Below are positions 16,660 through 28,800 of a stretch of DNA of 35,918 nt, piece after piece. A program made the translations under genes and the position numbers. The notes under the pieces were generated by a model, which was not told the origin of the DNA, ran no database searches, and saw only the letters and a list, made by a program, of their open reading frames with translations. The number at the start of each line of letters is the position of its first letter. Position 1 is the stretch's first letter. The DNA is taken from assembly GCA_937127265.1 (NCBI GenBank), contig CAKZLX010000594.1:1-35918 (forward strand). The letters are read 5' to 3'. Origin of the DNA: an uncultured Pseudomonadota bacterium. Its GTDB lineage: Bacteria; Myxococcota_A; UBA796.

Positions 16660-17619
16660 TTAGGGGGAGCAATAAAGCCCATCATGACCACACATACCAG
16701 CAGTACGTATTATTGAGTCTCGAGAAAGGGTTACACTCACCCCATTAGAATACATCCAATCGCGCCGCCAAACAATTTTGGGGACGTCCAGTGCCCAATG
16801 ATAAAATACCGTAGCCGTTGGTAAGTCGATTATATCGGGTTGTTCAAATACATACCCACCATAAAACTTGCTCACCAATGCCTGCGCCTGATCATAGGTA
16901 ATCGTTTCAAGATTGGGAAAGGAGATGTATTTCACCGTATCCCAAGAAGCGACCACCTCGGCTTCTTCAACACTGATTTGACGTACACCCAAGGTAAACT
17001 CACTTCGATGTGCATGCAAGTAAGCATAGGCTTCTGTATCTAATTGTTCCAAGCCAGCCAAATGCAATTCCCCAGAATAGACACTCCCTAAAGCCTTGGC
17101 ACTCTCTAGAGATAGAGTTTGTAAACCGTTGAGGTGAAACGACATGTATTGACCAGCAGGAACCAATGCCTTGGCCACATTCTCTGGTAGTTCGATTAAA
17201 CCATTCAATTCAATTGCGTTACCAGCAAACTTCGACAATGCTTTGGCAGAAGTTTCATCGAGTTCAGTCAGCCCATTTAATAGCAATGAAAAGCGACAAC
17301 TCTGCGGAGAACCAAAACCAATGTCGTAAAGGAATTTGGGGATTTCCGTAGAAAAAGCATAGAGATCATGGATCGTCTCTCTTGACAGTGTAACCGGTGG
17401 ATCATTAGGGTTCCACCTAGCGATCTGTTCAGCCTCTGCAGGTGTGATCGAGGTCAAGCCATTCAAGTGCAAATCACAAGAGTGATTTGGATTGGGAAAT
17501 TGAATCGTCCGAACGGCTTTATTATCCAAAGTGGTAAGCAGATTCATTTCAGGGTCTTCATACCGACATCCTGACGATAATAAGAGCATTCCCCACAACC
17601 AAACCCCTTGCTTTTTCAT
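16660..17619 (-). CDS. LRR-like repeat lipoprotein (paralog B)
   Basis: MKKQGVWLWGMLLLSSGC is a signal/lipobox. It has the same repeat (LHLNGLTSITPAEAEQIA, LLLNGLTELDETSAKALS, IELNGLIELPENVAKAL, FHLNGLQTLSLESAKAL, LHLAGLEQL). It shares LD.(T/K)AVRTI and GELHL with paralog A. Confidence 0.65.
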   Translation of the reverse strand: MKKQGVWLWGMLLLSSGCRYEDPEMNLLTTLDNKAVRTIQFPNPNHSCDLHLNGLTSITPAEAEQIARWNPNDPPVTLSRETIHDLYAFSTEIPKFLYDIGFGSPQSCRFSLLLNGLTELDETSAKALSKFAGNAIELNGLIELPENVAKALVPAGQYMSFHLNGLQTLSLESAKALGSVYSGELHLAGLEQLDTEAYAYLHAHRSEFTLGVRQISVEEAEVVASWDTVKYISFPNLETITYDQAQALVSKFYGGYVFEQPDIIDLPTATVFYHWALDVPKIVWRRDWMYSNGVSVTLSRDSIIRTAGMCGHDGLYCSP

Positions 17620-17694
17620 ACTGTCTCCACCCCATTTTTTATCTCGCTATTCCAGTCACGTCTCCATGAAACAGTATTCGGACAATTGTAGGAT

Positions 17695-18762
17695 TTAGGC
17701 TTTGTAAAAAGTGACGGGTATGCCAGCGTTGGAAAACTGGGCAACTGAACTTGCGGTCTTAGATACCAACCTGGCTTTGTGAGGGTCGGTGGCGATAAAG
17801 TACAATTCCCATCCTGCAAAATAAGTGCGATGGGTTTCCCCTAGCCAGTGATAGACGGCATCGGTTTTCTTGCCCGATCCCATACCATAGGGTGGATTAC
17901 AGACAACAATTCCTGTTTGGGGACAGTCAACAAAGTGCTCTGTCGTCAGTTTCCGTACATTGGACACCACCACATTCATGGTACACTTCGCCTGATTGGC
18001 ATTTTGCTTTGCTTTTTGCACACTTGGTTCATCTCGGTCGGAACCTAACAACCTTGGAACGTCTGTGGTTGTAAACCGGCCCTCTTGCCAAGATGTGTTC
18101 CAAGTCGAAAAAATCCACGGTGAGCCCTCAAAGATCGGTTGATTGGCAAAACGACGACCGGCCTCAATCAATATTGTACCCGAACCACAAAAAGGATCGA
18201 GTATCGGACTGCTTTGGGTGCACCCCGCCAACCACAATAAACATTGCGCCCAGTTTTCTCGAATCGGCGTTTTGACATTTTGGTGTCGCCATCCTCGTTG
18301 GTGTAGTGGTCGATCATGCAGGGCGACCGAGACCCACAGTTTATTCTCAAACACCCGAATCTGAATTGGCAATCGGCTTGAATTTGGTTGTGGCTTACCA
18401 AAAACGGATCGAAACAGTCGATTGGCTTTATCTTCCAAAATATCAGAACGATTCAGTTTTGACTTTCGGGTACTGACCTTGAGTTTCCAGTCTACACCTT
18501 GTGGAAACACCGACCAGTCCAAATTGTCTAGCAGGGTACGAAAGTCCGACAGCGAGCGAACCGCCCGACCATTCAACAATTGCCACCGAATGGCTGTTGG
18601 GGTACGCATCTGGGTCAACAAGGACACCTCAACATCGGTCAGGCGGGTATAAACACCGCCTGTACTTGGATAAGCAGGTAGCCCCAAAGACTGTAATTCC
18701 ATTTGCACAGCCTGCTCTAGTCCATTGGCAATTACACAGAAAAATTGATGAGATGTAGTCAT
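17695..18762 (-). CDS. THUMP-domain class I SAM-dependent methyltransferase (RlmL/UPF0020-like)
   Basis: DPFCGSGTILIEA (SAM motif I) and VVCNPPYG (motif IV), preceded by a THUMP-like N-terminal region. AGGAAG SD. Confidence 0.85.
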   Translation of the reverse strand: MTTSHQFFCVIANGLEQAVQMELQSLGLPAYPSTGGVYTRLTDVEVSLLTQMRTPTAIRWQLLNGRAVRSLSDFRTLLDNLDWSVFPQGVDWKLKVSTRKSKLNRSDILEDKANRLFRSVFGKPQPNSSRLPIQIRVFENKLWVSVALHDRPLHQRGWRHQNVKTPIRENWAQCLLWLAGCTQSSPILDPFCGSGTILIEAGRRFANQPIFEGSPWIFSTWNTSWQEGRFTTTDVPRLLGSDRDEPSVQKAKQNANQAKCTMNVVVSNVRKLTTEHFVDCPQTGIVVCNPPYGMGSGKKTDAVYHWLGETHRTYFAGWELYFIATDPHKARLVSKTASSVAQFSNAGIPVTFYKA

Positions 18763-18836
18763 ATTTCTTCCTATTTACAGAAACGGTCTTGACGATTTGA
18801 TACAACACCATACGTTTGAGGGTGAAAAGGAGTATC

Positions 18837-19745
18837 ATGAACCGTAGCAAACACACCACCCGTTTTGGCACGATGCGCTATGAAATTACCGGCATCAAAA
18901 AAGATTTCGTCGGGGATATGTACCATACCCTGATGCGTTCTCCTTGGTGGACCTTGATGTTGTTGGCTTTTGGTTTGTATGTCACTTCGGCGATTGTCTT
19001 TGCTGGGCTATTGAACATTGGCAATGGTCATGTCATCGGGGCCAATACACCACTCGATTTATTTTGGTTCAGTGTGCAAACTTTGAGTACCATTGGCTAC
19101 GGAAACATGCATCCTGCCTCCAACTGGGCACATAGTTTGGTTTTGATAGAATCGTTTGTGGGCTTGGTGGAAACCGCAATCGTCACTGCGGTACTGTTTT
19201 CCAAGTTTTCTCGTCCCAAAGCACGCGTTGCTTTTTCTGAACACGCTGTATTGTTTGAAAGTCGAGAGCGTTTGTATCTGCAAATCCGTTTTGCCAACGC
19301 CAGAGGCTATGCCATCGTCAATGGTAAACTGAACCTTTCCGCACTGGTGAACCAACACGATGAGCAAGGAAACCCGATTCGTAGAATGATTAGTTTGCCC
19401 TTATTGCAAAAAGACATTCCCTTCTTTGGACTTAGTTTTACCGCTACTCACTGTTTATCAGAAGGATTTTTTGCTGGCAAGACCATGGAGGAAATGCACG
19501 AAGAACTGTTTCTGTTGATCATTTCCTTTCAAGGTATCGATGAAATTTTAGAACAAGAAGTTCGTGAACAACACTTCTATCGACCTGAAAAGATACTTGA
19601 ACACGCCCGTTATCAAGACATGGTGGTCCCTCACGATTGGGGTGCCGAAATGGATTTGAACAAACTGGATGATGTGATTGAAGAAGATATCTTGGAAATC
19701 CCTGACAGTGTGGCTCAACAGTCGGAATATGCCCAAATGGATTGA
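18837..19745 (+). CDS. Inward-rectifier-type K+ channel (KirBac-like)
   Basis: Two TM segments flank a pore helix with the TIGYG filter (19089-19103). A long beta-rich cytoplasmic C-terminal domain follows. Start at ATG 18837 preceded by AAGGAG; the track's start at 18816 is TTG. Confidence 0.85.
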   Translation: MNRSKHTTRFGTMRYEITGIKKDFVGDMYHTLMRSPWWTLMLLAFGLYVTSAIVFAGLLNIGNGHVIGANTPLDLFWFSVQTLSTIGYGNMHPASNWAHSLVLIESFVGLVETAIVTAVLFSKFSRPKARVAFSEHAVLFESRERLYLQIRFANARGYAIVNGKLNLSALVNQHDEQGNPIRRMISLPLLQKDIPFFGLSFTATHCLSEGFFAGKTMEEMHEELFLLIISFQGIDEILEQEVREQHFYRPEKILEHARYQDMVVPHDWGAEMDLNKLDDVIEEDILEIPDSVAQQSEYAQMD

Positions 19746-19751
19746 ATGCTA

Positions 19752-19781
19752 TTGACGACACCAAGTGACCCTGAATAGGAT
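19752..19781 (+). promoter_or_regulatory. Candidate sigma70-type promoter for the giant gene
   Basis: TTGACG (19752-19757), an 18-nt spacer, then TAGGAT (19776-19781), about 75 nt upstream of ATG 19856. This is a weak pattern match only. Confidence 0.25.
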
Positions 19782-19855
19782 ATACTAAAGACAATTCGTT
19801 GTGAATATTCGGTCACTATCTATGGTGAACTGATCAAACAACATCAGGGGGCTCT

Positions 19856-22800
19856 ATGAATTGGTTTAATGCATCTGCGGTTTCAGTATTGTTGGTGGCT
19901 TGTGGAGACAAAGACACAGGCTTTGCTGAAGAAGACTACCAAGAAGGCAGTACAGCTGGTGATTGCACCGACAACTTTGACAACGACTTTGATGGACTGA
20001 AAGATTGTGAAGATGAGGGTTGTTCCGATGCTGCGGCTTGCCTTCCCGATGCTGAAAGAGATCAAGATGGCGATGGTTTCACTCCAACGGATGGCGACTG
20101 TGATGATTCTGATGCCTCTGTTTATCCGGGTGCAGAGGATGCTTGGTATGATGGGGTTGATGCAGACTGTGCTGGCAACTCCGATTACGACCAAGACCAA
20201 GACGGGTATGACTCTGATGAATATGGTGGAACCGACTGTGACGATAGCAACTCAAACATCAACACCGATGCCCAAGATACTTGGTATGACGGCATTGACT
20301 CCAATTGCGACGGACTCTCTGATTTTGACCAAGATGGCGACGGTGAAGATTCCACGGAATACAACGGGGTAGACTGCGACGATACCGATGCCACCATCAA
20401 CACAAGTGCTTCGGACACCTGGTATGATGGGGTTGACTCCAACTGTGATGGGGCTTCCGATTACGACCAAGATGGTGATGGCTATGACTCTGACCAATAT
20501 GGTGGCGCAGACTGCAACGACATGTCGGTAGCGGTGAACCCTGGAGCCACTGAAACTTGGTATGACGGGATTGATTCCAATTGCGATGGGCTCTCTGACT
20601 ACGACCAAGACGCTGATGGACAAGACTCTGGCAATTTTAACGGCACCGATTGTGACGACACCAACGACAGCATCTATCAAGGTGCACCCGATGCATGGTA
20701 TGACGGCATTGACTCTGACTGTGCTGGAAACTCTGATCACGACCAAGATGGCGACGGGCAAAACACCACTGCGGTTGGTGGGACAGACTGTGATGACACT
20801 GACCCCAATGAATATTTTGGCGCCACTGAAACTTGGTACGACGGTATTGATTCCAATTGCGATGGGCTCTCTGACTACGACCAAGATGGCGATGGTGACG
20901 ATGCACTACAATATGGGGGAACAGACTGCGATGACACCAACCCACTACTAAACACCAGTGCCATCGAAGTTTGGTATGATGGCGTCGACCAAGACTGTGA
21001 TGGACTCTCCGACTACGACCAAGATGGGGATGGTTTTGATGCACTACAATATGGTGGGACTGACTGCGATGACACCGATGCCACAATTTATGTGGGCGCG
21101 CCAGACTCTTTTTATGACGGCGTAGACTCAGACTGTGCTGGTGACAACGACTTTGACCAAGATGGTGACGGCCATCCCAGCATTACCTATGGTGGAACCG
21201 ACTGTAACGACTTCAATGCCGAGGTCTATGCTGGGGCAACCGACCTTTGGTACGACGGGATTGATTCCAATTGTGACGGTCTGAACGACTACGACCAAGA
21301 TGGCGATGGATTTGATTCAAGTGCACATGGAGGCAATGACTGCGACGATACCAATCCAAGTATCAGTCCGATCATGACCGACACTTGGTATGATGGTATC
21401 GACACCAATTGCGATGGGCTCAATGACTATGATGCCGACCAAGATGGATTTGATTCAATCGATCACGGTGGAACGGATTGTGACGATGATGATGCCACCA
21501 TCAATCCTGGCATAACCGATACTTGGTATGATGGTATCGACTCCGATTGTGACGGACTCAACGACTATGACCAAGACGGCGATGGATACCCAGCACAAAG
21601 CACTGGTGGGGACGACTGTGACGACACCAATGCCTCAGTCTATCCCGGTGCTTCTGACAGTTGGTATGATGGTGTTGACTCAAACTGTGATGGCTTGGCC
21701 GACTATGACCAAGATGGTGATGGATTTGATTCAGTCGATCATGGTGGAACAGACTGTGACGACACCAATGCTACCGTGTACGTTGGTGCCACTGAAACTT
21801 GGTATGATGGCGTCGACTCAAACTGTGACGGACTCAACGATTATGACTACGATGGTGATGGCGAGGATGCTTTGTTTGCAGGAGGAACCGACTGCGCCGA
21901 CAACAACCCCAACATCAACACCCAAGCCACCGAAATCTGGTATGACGGAACCGATCAAAACTGTGATGGCCTCTCTGATTTCGACCAAGATGGCGACGGA
22001 CAAGTGACCACCATTATTGGTGGACCAGATTGTGATGACACCGATCCCAGCGTCTACGATGAAGCCCCTGAGGTCTGGTACAACGACATCGACAACAACT
22101 GTGACGGGCTTTCCGATTTTGATCAAGATGGTGATGGATTCGACTCCGATCAATATGGCGGTACCGATTGTGATGACACCAATGAATACGTCAATACCGA
22201 TGCCTCCGATGCCAACTTGGATGGAATTGACAACGACTGTAACGGACAAATTGATGAAGGCGCACAAGCCGGTGATCAAGATGGCGATGGCTATGACGAA
22301 ACACAAGGCGATTGTGATGACGATGACCCCAATATCTATCCAGGTGCTCCGGACACTTGGTATGATGGCATCGATGCAGACTGTGCTGGTAACGATGACT
22401 ATGACCAAGATGGCGATGGTGACCCTTCCCGACAATATGGTGGTAGTGACTGTGATGATGGCGACAGCAGTACCTATGGTGGAGCCCCTGAAGTCTGGTA
22501 TGACGGCATTGACCAAGACTGTGGAAATGATTCCGACTACGACCAAGATGGTGATGGGCAAGAATCCATTGCTTTTGGTGGTTCTGACTGTAATGACATA
22601 GACCCCTCTGCTTATTTTGGTGCCACCGAAGTTTGGTATGATGGCGTTGATCAAAACTGTGATGCCCTCTCCGATTATGACCAAGACGGCGACGGGGTCG
22701 ACTCCGATCAATATGGTGGTTTAGACTGTGACGATACCGATGTCAGCACCTACATGGGTGCCGATGAAATCTGGTATGACGGCATTGATCAAAACTGTGA

Positions 22801-25800
22801 TGGTGCTTCTGACTATGACCAAGATGCCGACGGGCAAGATTCCGACCAGTATGGTGGGACCGACTGTGACGATATAGACGAAGATATTTATGTTGGTGCC
22901 ACAGATGTTTGGTATGACGGTAAAGACTCAAACTGTGATGGACTCGATGATGATGACCAAGATGGCGACGGAGAATACCCCATCTCCAGAGGTGGTCCAG
23001 ATTGTGATGATACTGATGCCAACATCAATACTTCGGCTGATGAAATTTGGTACGACGGCATCGATCAAAACTGCAATGATGACAATGATTTCGATGCTGA
23101 TGGTGACGGCTATGATTCTTACCTGCACGGTGGTACCGACTGTGACGATGAAGATGTCACCGCCTACCTTGGTGCCACTGAAATTTGGTACGACGGCATC
23201 GACCAGAATTGTATGGGTGACAACGATTTTGACCAAGATGGCGATGGGTTTGAATCAATTGACTATGGTGGGACCGACTGTGACGACACCAACCCACTCA
23301 CCAACCCCGATGCTTCTGATGCCAACTTGGATGGGGTCGACAACAACTGCGATGGGCAAATTGACGAAGACGGCCTACCCGGTGACCAAGATGGTGACGG
23401 ACAAGACGAATCACAAGGGGACTGTGATGATTCTGACCCCAACATTTACCTTGGTGCCCCCGATGCTTGGTATGATGGCATTGACTCCAACTGCGCTGGT
23501 CTGAACGACTTCGATCAAGATGGCGATGGGGAAGCCTCTGCCGACTACATGGGTTTTGACTGCAATGATACCGATGGCACCATCAATACCGATGCCACTG
23601 AGATTTGGTATGATGGCATTGATCAAGACTGTGCCGGAGACAATGACTACGATCAAGATGGCGATGGTGAAGACTCTGATCAATACGGTGGGACTGACTG
23701 TGACGATACCGACGCCACAATTTATGCTGACGCAAGAGAAATCTGGTATGACGGCATTGATCAAGACTGTAACGGTGGCAATGATTTTGACCGTGACTTG
23801 GATGGTGAAGAAGCCATCGAATATGGTGGAACCGACTGTTATGATCTTGATTCCACCATCAATACCCAAGCTTCTGATGCCAATACTGACGGCATTGACA
23901 ACGACTGCGATGGCGAAATCGATGAGGATGCCGAAGCCGGAGATGCCGATGGTGATGGATTTGATGAGGATGCTGGAGATTGTGATGACACCGATCCTAC
24001 TGTCTATCCTGGAGCGGTAGAGATTTGGTATGACGGACTCGACCAAAACTGTGACGGATTATCCGACTACGACCAAGATGGCGATGGTGATACCCATGAC
24101 CAATATGGTGGTAATGATTGTGATGATACCGATCCCACCATCCAAGTTGGTACCACTGAAATCTATTATGACGGGGTAGACCAAGACTGTGACGGTTGGT
24201 CTGACTTTGATGCAGATATGGATGGATTTGATTCTGCTGACTATGGCGGTACCGACTGTGATGACACGGATGGCACCGTCAGTCCTGCTGAGATTGAGAT
24301 CTACTACGATGGCTTTGATCAAAATTGCGATGGTCTCTCTGATTATGACCAAGATGGGGATGGGTTCGACTCGGACCAATATGGTGGAACCGATTGTAAT
24401 GATGGCGATGCCTTAATCAACCCTGATGCCGCTGATGACAACGGTGATGGTGCGGACGACAACTGCGATGGCACACCTGACGATGGCGTCATTGATTCTA
24501 ACGATCTCGATGGGGATGGCTATACACCTGATGCAGGCGATTGTGATGACGATGATCCGCCAATCAACCCTGAAGCAGACGAGGTTTATTACGATGGCAT
24601 CGACCAAGATTGTGACGGAATGTCTGACTACGATGTTGACTTTGATGGTGAGGATTCTGACCTATACGGTGGAACCGACTGCGATGATAGCAACCCATAC
24701 ATCAACACGTCTGCCTCCGACGCCAATTTGGATGGACTCGACAACGACTGCAATGGTCAAATCGATGATGGTGCGCAACCTGGTGATCAAGATGGCGATG
24801 GCTTCGATGAACTCTCTGGGGACTGCAACGATGAAGATGTGGCTATTTTCCCTGGTGCCACCGAGGTTTGGTACGATGGGGTCGATCAAGACTGTGCGGG
24901 TGACAACGATTTTGACCAAGATGGTGATGGTGAAATTTCCGACCAGTACGGTGGCTTTGACTGTAATGATACAGATCCCAACATCAATCCCGATGCCCTA
25001 GACATCAACAATGATGGGGTCGACGATGATTGTGACGGTACAGCAGACAACGGCAGTGTCAGTGCCGCAGACTTGGATGATGATGGTTTCTCCGAAGATG
25101 ACGGCGACTGTGATGATGCTGACCCAACCATCAACCCTGATGCTGTCGAAACTTATTATGATGGCATTGACGCTAACTGTGACGGGCTCTCCGACTTTGA
25201 TGCTGACCAAGATGGGGAAGACGCAATTGATTACAACGGTGCTGACTGTGATGATGCTGACCCCAACATCAACACTTCTGCCACGGAAATCTATTACGAT
25301 GGTATCGACCAAGACTGTAATGAACTCTCGGACTTTGATGCCGACCAAGATGGCGATGATTCAATCGACTATGGTGGATTGGACTGTGATGATGCTGACA
25401 CCTTTATCTACAGTGGTGCCACTGAAATTTGGTACGATGGCGTCGACCAAGATTGCAGTGGTGGTTCTGACTTTGACCAAGATGAAGATGGTGAGGACTC
25501 CATTGATTATGGTGGTACCGATTGCAATGACACCGATGCGTTTATCAACACCCAAGCATCTGACAACAATAATGATGGTATTGACGACGACTGCGATGGT
25601 ACTCCTGACAATGGTGGACAAATTACCGATTTTGATGGGGACGGCTATATCTCCGATCAGTTTGGCGGACTAGACTGTGATGACAATGACCCCAATATCA
25701 ACCCTGATGCCACTGATGACAATGGCGATGGCATTGATGACAACTGCGATGGGGTCGCTGACGACAGTGCCGATATGGATGGCGATGGCCTCAGTTTTAC

Positions 25801-28800
25801 CGAGGGTGACTGCGACGACAACGATCCTGACGTCTATCCAGGTGCTATCGACACTTGGTATGACGGCATTGACTCCGACTGCAATGGCGAATCCGACTTC
25901 GACCAAGATGGCGATGGGGAAGACGCTACCCAATATGGTGGTGTGGACTGTGACGATCAAAATCCACTGATCAACACCTCTGCCTCCGACGCTAACCTCG
26001 ATAATATTGACAATGACTGCAACGGACAAATTGATGATGGCGCAATTCCTGGTGACCAAGATGGCGATGGATACGATGAATCTCAAGGGGACTGCAATGA
26101 TGATGACCCTGACATCTACCCTGGAGCCACCGAGGTTTGGTATGACGGCGTAGACTCAGACTGTGCTGGTGACAACGACTTTGACCAAGATGGCGATGGC
26201 GAAGAACCTCTGGAATACAGTGGTACTGACTGTGATGATACCAATGTCGATGTCAACACATCCGGAGATGATAACAACAGCAACGGTATTGACGATGACT
26301 GCGATGGTGTAATTGACAATGGTGGAATCTCAACCGATCTGGATGGCGATGGCATCACCGAAGATGAAGGTGACTGTAACGACAACGACGCCGACATCTA
26401 TCCAGGTGCACCTGATGCTTGGTATGATGATGTGGATTCAGACTGTGCTGGCAACAACGACTTTGACCAAGACGGTGACGGCTATACTTCTGACCAGTTC
26501 GGTGGATTGGATTGTAATGATACCAATGAACTGATCAACCCCAGCATTACCGATGACAATGCCGATGGCGTTGATGATGACTGCGATGGTTCTGCCGACG
26601 AAGATGAGATTGACAATGATGGGGATGGCGTACGTAGTTCTGAAGGTGACTGTAACGACAACGACGCCACAATCAGTCCAAACGCCAATGAAATCTGGTA
26701 CGACGGGATCGATCAAAACTGTGACGATCTCTCTGACTACGACCAGGATGGCGATGGATACGACTCGGATCAATATGGTGGTACCGATTGTAATGACACC
26801 AGTGTCTATGTCTTCTTGGGTGCCAACGATCCATGGTATGATGGTGTAGACTCAGATTGTGGTGGCAACTCAGACTATGACCGTGACGAAGACGGCTATG
26901 ACTCGGTTGACTATGGTGGTACTGACTGCGATGACAACGATCTGCTGATCAATCCTGGAATCGTTGATGCCAACAACAACGGGGTCGATGATGACTGTGA
27001 CGGGCAGATTGATGAAGATGGTGCTACCGACAACGATGGCGATGGTTATACGACTGACAGTGGAGATTGTGATGATAGCGATGCCACAGTCTACCCTGGT
27101 GCGCCAGACAATTGGTACGATGGCACCGACTCTAACTGCGATGGAGCCAGTGACTATGACCAAGATGGCGATGGTGAAGACAGCATGGACCACGGTGGTA
27201 CCGACTGTATGGATATTGATGCCACCATCAATACCCAAGCCACTGAGATTTGGTACGACGGTGTCGATCAAAATTGCGATGGGCTCTCCGATTACGATCA
27301 AGATGGGGATGGTGAAGACTCGATTGATTACAACGGAACCGATTGCGAGGACACCAACGCGGCGATCAACACTTCGGCAACCGATGATAATGCTGACGGA
27401 GTCGATGACAACTGTAATGGTCTAACCGACGAAGGGTCTGACTTGGATGGGGATGGATTCTCGGTACTCGACGGAGATTGTAACGACGCCAATGTCAACA
27501 TCAACCCCAATGCCCAAGAGTTGTTCTATGATGGCGTAGATCAAAACTGCGATGGTCTCTCCGACTATGATATGGACGGTGACGGTGATGACAACGACCA
27601 ATTTGGTGGAACAGACTGTAATGATGACAACCCCGGTATCTATTATGGTGCACCGGAAACGTTCTATAATGGTAAAGATGAGGACTGCTTTGGCGACTCA
27701 GACTACGATGCCGACCAAGATGGGTTTGACTCTGATGCCTATGGTGGAACCGACTGTGACGATAGCAACGCCTTGATCAACCCCAATGCGGCTGACAACA
27801 CGGCCGATAACATTGACAACAACTGTAACGGACAAACCGATGAAGGTGTTGGTGGCGTAGACAACGATGGCGATGGATACACCAACCTTGATGGTGACTG
27901 TAACGACAACGATATCACCATCAATCCTGGTGCTAGCGAGATTTGGTACGATGGTGTTGATCAAAACTGTAATGGCGATGATGACTTCGATCAAGATGGC
28001 GATGGTGAAACTGCCGCTGGATATGGTGGAACCGACTGTGACGATACTGAAGCACTACTCAACAGCCAAACGGTCTGGTTTGCTGATAACGATGCCGATG
28101 GCTATGGAAATGGTGACGATACCCAAATGGGCTGTACCCAACCAGTGGGCTATATCTTTGACGAAGGTGATTGTAACGACAACAGTGAACACTCCTATCC
28201 CAATGCCGATGAGATCTGTGATGGGTTGGACAATGACTGTGATGACAGCATCCCATTAAATGAAATGGATCAAGACCAAGATGGATACGCCATCTGTGAT
28301 ATTCACATCGACGGTTGGCTGGGTGATGCCAATGTCGTGGGTGGTGGGGATTGTCAAGATGCCGATCCACAAATCAATCCAGGCGTCACTGAGGTCTATT
28401 ACAACAGTATAGACCAAGACTGTGACGGACTCTCAGACTTTGATGCCGATGGTGATGGTTTTGATTCTGATCAACATGGTGGTACAGACTGTGATGATAG
28501 CAATGCCCTCATCAACCCCAATGCCATCGATGACAATTTGGATGGCGTTGATGACAATTGTGACGGTGTGGCCGATGAGTCTGCGACAATTGTTGACAAT
28601 GACAACGATGGTTATACCAATGCTGACGGTGACTGTGATGATAACGATCCAACGGTTCATCCTAATGCCACCGAAGTTTGGTACGATGGTATTGACCAAG
28701 ATTGTGCTGGCGACAATGACTTCGATCAAGACCAAGATGGATTCGATTCAGCAGACTACAACGGTACCGACTGTGATGACACCGACGCCACAGTCTATGT

